Positions 17,246 to 24,000 of a DNA stretch of 24,000 bases are shown in pieces; the stretch's first letter is position 1; every line of letters begins with the position of its first letter. The stretch spans positions 1,684,019 to 1,708,018 of the forward strand of contig NZ_CP170642.1 in assembly GCF_042926695.1 (NCBI RefSeq), in the 5' to 3' direction. A program made the translations under genes and the position numbers. Source of the DNA: Lonepinella koalarum (GTDB taxonomy: Bacteria; Pseudomonadota; Gammaproteobacteria; Enterobacterales; Pasteurellaceae). Under the pieces are notes generated by a model. The model saw nothing but the letters and a program-made list of their open reading frames with translations. It was not told the DNA's origin and made no database searches.

Positions 17246-19189
17246 TTAATTGAAACTGTAGCCATAAGGATAAAGCGGATTTTCACTATCATCTGGCAAA
17301 GCAGGATGTTGTTTTTCCACTGCCTGCATTGAACGTGGCAATTCAAACGGCAATTTGCCTTGAGCTTTAGCTTTGCCTGTGACAACATCAAATAAAGCAT
17401 TATCATCCGCGCCGAAATTTACCATCAGTACAGCGGCTTTATCCTTAATATTGGTTAAAATTGCTGGTCTGTCCATATATACCGAAACAATGGTCGGTAC
17501 ATGAGTTTTGGCAAGACTTTGCACTACTTGATAATCTTTATCGGAAGCTAAAAAATTAAGCCGTCCCTCATGTTGCAAATTGCCAAAGAAATATTGACTA
17601 TGCGGATATTCAAACGGCGTTTCAAGTCGAACAATGGCAAAATCCGCCTGTGAACGTTTTTTCACTACGGTAAAACCATATTGTTTGGCAATCATTGCAT
17701 CCACATTATGCAAATAGACTTTTTTGCCACTTTGCACAGGCATTAAGCCATTATTTTCCAATAATACTTGGGCTTGTTGTTGAGCCTGATGAGCCAAGGC
17801 TTTAGTTTCAGCATTATTAAACACTGTTGCCGTTGCGGTGACATCAACATAAGGATTTTCAAATAAACCTAGTGCAAATTTTTGTTCAAGAATCCGCTGT
17901 ACCGATTGAGCAAGGCGTTGTTCAGAAATCTCGCCATTTTTCACCGCACTTTGTAACGGTTCAACGTTATCCGTGCCGCCAAATTGATCCAATCCTGCAT
18001 TGAGTGCTTTCACATAGCGTTGTTGCACCGTTAAATTTTCCACGCCCCAAGGCATTGCCACTTGCTTTAAGGTTTGTGGATTAGCCTTAGTCGGGTTGGT
18101 ACATTGGCTGGTACAATCACGAGTAATACCCCAATCGGACAAAATAATGCCTTTAAAGCTTTTTTCATTACGTAACAAATCCGTGAGTAATTGTTTGCTA
18201 TAACCCGCCCCCACTTTTTCCAACGGTTGACCATTGACTGTTGCACCATTCAAAATCGGATAGGTTGGCATCACGCCAGCGGTGCTGGCAATAAATGCTC
18301 CGTCAAAGGCTTTGACATGCAAAGCGAAACTGTCTGCTGTATGTTGGGCGTTACGTCCGTAATAATTATGTCCGTCATAACCGTTCGGCTCGGCTCCATA
18401 GCCCACCCAGTGTTTCACAATGGTTGCCACACTCTGTGGATTTACCCCTTGATTGCCTTGTTGAAAGCCTTCAATATATGCACCGACCTGTTGGCTCACT
18501 ACGTCAGGATTAGAACCAAAAGTAGAAGTCACTCTCGACCAACGGGGTTCAGTCGCAAGATCCGCTTGCGGAGAAAGAGCTACTTGAATCCCTACCGCAC
18601 GATATTCTTTGCCAGCAATTTGCCCGAATTGTTGCGTCAACTGTGGATCATTTAAGGCGGCAAAACCTAAGGTTTCTGGCCATTTAGAAAAACCCTCGTT
18701 AACTGGTGTACCTGCTACACGCAAGAAATGATGACGCGGATCGGAACTGACCGAAAGCGGAATCGCAAATTCAGTTTGCTCCGCCACTTGTTGAGCCAGA
18801 TTATTTTGTTCAGCGAAGTTGGCTGGCGTAGTGGCAAGGCGTGTGATCAAATGGTTGACATGTTTAGTTTGCACCAAATTTTTTAGCTCAACTAAATCAT
18901 ATTCAGTAGTCGAATCCTTTTTATTTGGCAAAGTAGAATGAAACATCAATCCCACTTTCTGCTCAATGGAAAGACGGGTAGTTAAATCTTTGGCTCGTTG
19001 CTCAGGGCTATTTCGCCAGTCTTCAAAAGGTTCTAATTTACCGTTTCGGTTGAAATCTTTAAAACGTAAGCCGTTTAGCTCAAGAATGGGTAAAATTTTT
19101 GCCCCCAACTCTGGTTGTTGTACGGATTGACTGACACAAGCAGCAAGCACTAAGGTTGCTACAGGTAATAATTTGAAAATAGTTTTCAT
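17246..19189 (-). CDS. GH3-family beta-glucosidase / exo-beta-glucanase, predicted lipoprotein
   Basis: It has a GH3 two-domain layout, with the nucleophile context GIILSDWG. The start is placed at ATG 19189 (647 aa), which is preceded by AAGGAG and gives the signal peptide MKTIFKLLPVATLVLAAC with lipobox LAAC (Cys18, Val at +2). The ORF-track ATG at 19216 would overlap the upstream gene. Confidence 0.85.
   Translation of the reverse strand: MKTIFKLLPVATLVLAACVSQSVQQPELGAKILPILELNGLRFKDFNRNGKLEPFEDWRNSPEQRAKDLTTRLSIEQKVGLMFHSTLPNKKDSTTEYDLVELKNLVQTKHVNHLITRLATTPANFAEQNNLAQQVAEQTEFAIPLSVSSDPRHHFLRVAGTPVNEGFSKWPETLGFAALNDPQLTQQFGQIAGKEYRAVGIQVALSPQADLATEPRWSRVTSTFGSNPDVVSQQVGAYIEGFQQGNQGVNPQSVATIVKHWVGYGAEPNGYDGHNYYGRNAQHTADSFALHVKAFDGAFIASTAGVMPTYPILNGATVNGQPLEKVGAGYSKQLLTDLLRNEKSFKGIILSDWGITRDCTSQCTNPTKANPQTLKQVAMPWGVENLTVQQRYVKALNAGLDQFGGTDNVEPLQSAVKNGEISEQRLAQSVQRILEQKFALGLFENPYVDVTATATVFNNAETKALAHQAQQQAQVLLENNGLMPVQSGKKVYLHNVDAMIAKQYGFTVVKKRSQADFAIVRLETPFEYPHSQYFFGNLQHEGRLNFLASDKDYQVVQSLAKTHVPTIVSVYMDRPAILTNIKDKAAVLMVNFGADDNALFDVVTGKAKAQGKLPFELPRSMQAVEKQHPALPDDSENPLYPYGYSFN
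17943..17951 (-). repeat. Uptake signal sequence (ACCGCACTT on the plus strand) inside the GH3 gene
   Basis: Exact 9-mer match. Confidence 0.8.
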
Positions 19190-19199
19190 GCTTTTCTCC

Positions 19200-20672
19200 T
19201 TATTTTCGTTGATCATTCAACCAAGTAAATAAATTGGAATAGCTTTTTCCATTAAATTTAGCTTGGAAGTTACCGCCAAAGTTGGCGTTACTTGGTTCAA
19301 AGCCATAATTTGGTGCTGTTGCGGATAAAATCTTGGTGGGGTTTTGTACGCCACCCACTTGATCATTTAGCACATAAATCCACGAAAAATGCCCAGAATA
19401 TCGGGTATTTGGAGTATCTGTACCTTGCACCGTTTCAAAATAGGAAAACCACACATTTTTTGCACCTGCTTTGAGTAAGGCTTGATAGGTCGGTTGCGAA
19501 TATTTGTGCGGATTCACGACAGGATCATCGTTTGATGCCACAAACCAAATGGGTATATGTTTAATTTTATTGGCTTTTGCGGTGCTAAACCAACGGCTAT
19601 CGGTTGTTACAAAGGCTTCCGTACCCGTGCCTTGTTGGGTGACATATTGCCCTTGATTATCTTTTTTATGTTGGAAATAAGCGTAAGCCTCACAAATTGG
19701 ATAAGCCGCAGCAAAATAGCGCGGATAATTAACCAGCATATTCACCGTCATATAGCCACCGTTGGAATCACCGCCTAAATAAATACGGCGACTATCTACA
19801 TCAGGATTGGATTTTACATAGGCTTTAATGGTATCCATTAAAATTTGCGTATAACGAGATGGGTTCGCTCCACCGCCATTTTTGCCGTCCCCCTCATCCA
19901 TCCAATAGGTTGGCGTTTGCACGACCAACACATAAGCACCAGTTTGTTTACCCGCATGGAAATAATGCTGAATCGGTGATTTGGCTAAGGCTGAGGCTTC
20001 ATTACCTAAAATCGCAATATCAGGATCGGTGCCGCCCTCGCCTTGTCCGTGTAACCAAATAATCAACGGATTCTTTTCACCTTGTTTTAAATTCTCAGGT
20101 TCAAAAGCGGCAGTTTGTAGGGTTAATTTTTCAATTTTCCGATTGTATGGATTTCGATAATTGCCCGAAAACGCACTGCGCACGTTAAACAATGCGGTGT
20201 CTGGCACAAGGCGGTTGTTGATTGCATCTTGATCGAGATTTAAGGAATAATTTTTACCATTAATCGTCAATGACTGAATAGCGGTTTGAACCCGATACTC
20301 TGTCGCCCATTCATTCATAAATTTTTGTATATTATAAACAAACGGCGATGCCACATAGCTATGGTCTTGATAAGGCACGGTTAGCTCCAACGTGATGAAC
20401 CTTGATTTAGCTTGCGGATTACCTTGAGCATCTGAAATATAAGCATTTTTCAGCTCACGTTGCACGCCTGCGGTAGTAATGCTGATATGCTGGTTGTCAA
20501 GACTCGTTACTTCATCGTTTAATGCAATAATCACTTTCGGCACATTCGGTCCACCCTCTTGCCCTTGCACCAAAATCGTCGTTTTAGCTTGTTGAGAATA
20601 AGGCGGATTGACTGCTTGGCATCCGCTTAACAAGGCAGTAGCAGCGAAAGTTAACATCAATAATTTTTTCAT
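19200..20672 (-). CDS. Alpha/beta-hydrolase serine esterase (prolyl-oligopeptidase / PHB-depolymerase-like fold), predicted lipoprotein with an N-terminal ~200-aa accessory domain
   Basis: The start is placed at ATG 20672 (490 aa), preceded by GAGGAG 9 nt upstream. The signal peptide MKKLLMLTFAATALLSGC has lipobox LSGC (Cys18, Gln at +2). Catalytic landmarks are LHGQGEGG (oxyanion region), the GGDSNGG nucleophile elbow (G-x-S-x-G), ASNDDPVV (Asp) and YSGHFSW (His). The ORF-track GTG start at 20729 lies inside the upstream hairpin. Confidence 0.75.
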   Translation of the reverse strand: MKKLLMLTFAATALLSGCQAVNPPYSQQAKTTILVQGQEGGPNVPKVIIALNDEVTSLDNQHISITTAGVQRELKNAYISDAQGNPQAKSRFITLELTVPYQDHSYVASPFVYNIQKFMNEWATEYRVQTAIQSLTINGKNYSLNLDQDAINNRLVPDTALFNVRSAFSGNYRNPYNRKIEKLTLQTAAFEPENLKQGEKNPLIIWLHGQGEGGTDPDIAILGNEASALAKSPIQHYFHAGKQTGAYVLVVQTPTYWMDEGDGKNGGGANPSRYTQILMDTIKAYVKSNPDVDSRRIYLGGDSNGGYMTVNMLVNYPRYFAAAYPICEAYAYFQHKKDNQGQYVTQQGTGTEAFVTTDSRWFSTAKANKIKHIPIWFVASNDDPVVNPHKYSQPTYQALLKAGAKNVWFSYFETVQGTDTPNTRYSGHFSWIYVLNDQVGGVQNPTKILSATAPNYGFEPSNANFGGNFQAKFNGKSYSNLFTWLNDQRK

Positions 20673-20689
20673 TGTGAATTTCTCCTCAA

Positions 20690-20736
20690 AAGTGCGGTGA
20701 TTTTTAGCAAAATTTTTTATTTTTTGCACCGCACTT
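20690..20736 (-). terminator. Inverted USS pair hairpin between the EIIBCA gene and the esterase gene
   Basis: AAGTGCGGT (20690..20698) and ACCGCACTT (20728..20736) form the outer stem. An inner gcaaaa/ttttgc pairing is also present. On the minus strand the hairpin runs into TTTTGAGGAG, that is, straight into the esterase RBS. Confidence 0.55.
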
Positions 20737-20783
20737 TTTAAATTTAAACTATATTCTCTACGCTTAAACGGAGAGAAAAGCCG

Positions 20784-22679
<1,896 letters not shown>

Positions 22680-22708
22680 TTAAAATTTAAAATTGCTAGG
22701 CAATAAAA

Positions 22709-22766
22709 AAGCCTAAGCAAAATAACACTTTCACTTTCATAGGAAAGAATCATTTTGCTTAGGCTT
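22709..22766 (-). terminator. Leader terminator of the beta-glucoside operon (antitermination target)
   Basis: A perfect 15-bp stem forms between aagcctaagcaaaat (22709..22723) and attttgcttaggctt (22752..22766). The 28-nt loop can form inner pairs. On the minus strand it is followed by TTTTATTG. It lies between the promoter and the bglF RBS. Confidence 0.7.
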
Positions 22767-22787
22767 GCCGAATTAACGTAACACCCT
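22761..22787 (-). promoter_or_regulatory. RAT (ribonucleic antiterminator) element
   Basis: The minus strand reads AGGGTGTTACGTTAATTCGGCAAGCCT. This resembles the BglG/LicT RAT consensus GGATTGTTACTG...CAGGCAAAACC. Its 3' end overlaps the 5' arm of the terminator by 6 nt, which is the classical arrangement. Confidence 0.6.
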
Positions 22788-22804
22788 AAGTGCTAATGTG
22801 GGTT

Positions 22805-22834
22805 AGTATAGTTAGCAAAAGAATAAATTGTAAA
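22805..22834 (-). promoter_or_regulatory. Sigma-70 promoter of the beta-glucoside operon
   Basis: On the minus strand: TTTACA (22834..22829), 18-nt spacer, TATACT (22810..22805). The predicted start is near 22798, just upstream of the RAT. Confidence 0.5.
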
Positions 22835-22851
22835 GAAACAATTTATAAAAA

Positions 22852-22867
22852 TGTGATCATGATCACA
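22852..22867. promoter_or_regulatory. Consensus CRP binding site
   Basis: TGTGATCATGATCACA is a perfect palindromic match to TGTGA-N6-TCACA. By my count its centre lies at -61.5 relative to the start predicted from the TATACT -10 element, which is the class I activation position. Confidence 0.65.
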
Positions 22868-22888
22868 AAATTTTATTGAAATAGTACA

Positions 22889-22913
22889 AAAGTGCAGTTT
22901 TTTACCGCACTTT
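22889..22913 (-). terminator. Probable yajQ terminator containing a USS
   Basis: aaagtgcag / ccgcacttt form an imperfect stem (7 bp, then one mismatch, then 1 bp) around a T/A-rich loop, 17 nt after the yajQ stop. ACCGCACTT at 22904..22912 is an exact USS. The U-tract is short. Confidence 0.4.
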
Positions 22914-22930
22914 GCCGTTTTTAGCATAGG

Positions 22931-23422
22931 TTAATCACGGAAATTATTAAATTGGAATGGCTGCCCCAATTCCGCACCTTTAACTAATTGAATTGCAGCT
23001 TGTAAATCATCACGAGATTTGCCCGTCACACGCACTTGTTCCCCTTGAATTTGGGTTTGTACTTTGATTTTGCTGTCTTTAATCAATTTAACCAGCTTTT
23101 TCGCCATGTCGGTTTCAATCCCTTGTTTTAATTTGATTTCTTTGGAATACAATTTGCCGTGATGTTCGCTTTCGGACGGAACATCTAAAGATGTGCTATC
23201 AATATCACGTTTAATACAAGAGCCGATTAAAATTTCTAACAGTTGTTCTAATTGGAAATCTGATTCAGAAGTGATTTTTATGCTTTCATTTTTTTCGTTC
23301 AGTTCAATCACCGCTTCTACGCCACGAAAATCATAACGTGAGCTTAATACTCGGTTGGCGTTTTCCACCGCATTACGCACTTCGTGCATGGTGAGTTCAG
23401 ATACAATATCAAATGATGGCAT
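22931..23422 (-). CDS. yajQ: YajQ-family (UPF0234) nucleotide-binding protein
   Basis: 163 aa. The sequence [35 protein letters not shown]... is typical of YajQ. An AGGAG RBS is present. The gene starts 9 nt after the serB stop. Confidence 0.9.
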   Translation of the reverse strand: MPSFDIVSELTMHEVRNAVENANRVLSSRYDFRGVEAVIELNEKNESIKITSESDFQLEQLLEILIGSCIKRDIDSTSLDVPSESEHHGKLYSKEIKLKQGIETDMAKKLVKLIKDSKIKVQTQIQGEQVRVTGKSRDDLQAAIQLVKGAELGQPFQFNNFRD

Positions 23423-23431
23423 TTTGTTCTC

Positions 23432-24000
23432 CTATTTAGTTAAATTGTTAATTCGATCACTGGCACTTAGCAAGCACAGCAATCCTGTTAAATCCGCAAA
23501 GTTTACCACAACTTGAGCCTGTTGTTGTACTTTTGGTTTAGCATGGAATGCCGCACCAAGATTGGCAACACTCATCATGGCGAGATCATTCGCACCGTCA
23601 CCAATCGCCACCGTATTTTTAGGATCAATATTAAACTGCTCGGCTAACTGCTGTAATACCTTAGCTTTATATTGTGCATGTACAATATCGCCTTTCACTT
23701 TGCCAGTCAGTATTCCATCCACAATATCAAATTGGTTAGACACCGCATAATCTAAACCGAGCATGTCTTTCAAATAATCTGCAAAATAGGTAAATCCCCC
23801 CGATGCAATGGCTATTTTCCAACCATATTTTTGCAATTCGCTGACAGTTTGGGTTAAACCCTCCATTAAGGGTAAATTCCGGCGAACATCGCCTAAAATA
23901 CTTTCTTTTGCCCCTTTTAAAGTACCTACCCGACGGCGTAAACTTTGTTCAAAATCTAATTCCCCTCGCATGGCGGCAGCGGTGATCGCAGACACTTCTT
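23432..24000 (-). CDS. serB: Phosphoserine phosphatase SerB, C-terminal part (the gene begins beyond the right edge)
   Basis: It has HAD-family motifs IASGGFTYF and AIGDGANDLAMM and the typical SerB C-terminus. The frame stays open to the window edge, so the ORF-track GTG start at 23995 is an artefact of truncation. Confidence 0.88.
   Translation of the reverse strand, partial: EVSAITAAAMRGELDFEQSLRRRVGTLKGAKESILGDVRRNLPLMEGLTQTVSELQKYGWKIAIASGGFTYFADYLKDMLGLDYAVSNQFDIVDGILTGKVKGDIVHAQYKAKVLQQLAEQFNIDPKNTVAIGDGANDLAMMSVANLGAAFHAKPKVQQQAQVVVNFADLTGLLCLLSASDRINNLTK

Overview
This is a chromosomal window from a Pasteurellaceae bacterium. I found seven perfect Hin-type uptake signal sequences (AAGTGCGGT / ACCGCACTT), and the gene content resembles Aggregatibacter/Haemophilus-group genomes; I cannot name the species by eye. 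Almost all genes are on the minus strand. The left ~13 kb is AT-rich. It holds the 5' part of an EptC/CptA-like phosphoethanolamine transferase, which is open at the left edge and therefore missing from the ORF track. Next comes a complete canonical 14-gene Flp-pilus / tight-adherence locus (flp-1, flp-2, tadV, rcpC, rcpA, rcpB, tadZ, tadA to tadG) ending in a strong terminator. A ~690 bp non-coding AT-rich control region lies upstream of flp-1. The right ~11 kb has higher GC and is USS-dense. It holds a glucose-family PTS EIICB gene, a divergent BglG/LicT-type antiterminator, and a minus-strand beta-glucoside cluster (EIIBCA, lipoprotein alpha/beta-hydrolase esterase, lipoprotein GH3, cytoplasmic GH1 phospho-beta-glucosidase). 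The leader of that cluster carries a consensus CRP site, a promoter and a RAT/terminator switch. yajQ and the 3' part of serB follow. I saw no rRNA, tRNA, CRISPR array, IS element, integrase or recognisable defence system. I do not see a clearly new system. The most checkable non-routine items are: (1) the beta-glucoside PTS operon that has two envelope lipoprotein enzymes inserted behind a USS-pair hairpin; (2) the long structured flp upstream region; (3) the sharp composition/USS discontinuity at about 13.1 kb; (4) the PEA-transferase gene that starts 31 nt after the tad terminator and has an A8 tract. All coordinates were hand-indexed, so small regulatory elements may be off by 1-2 nt.
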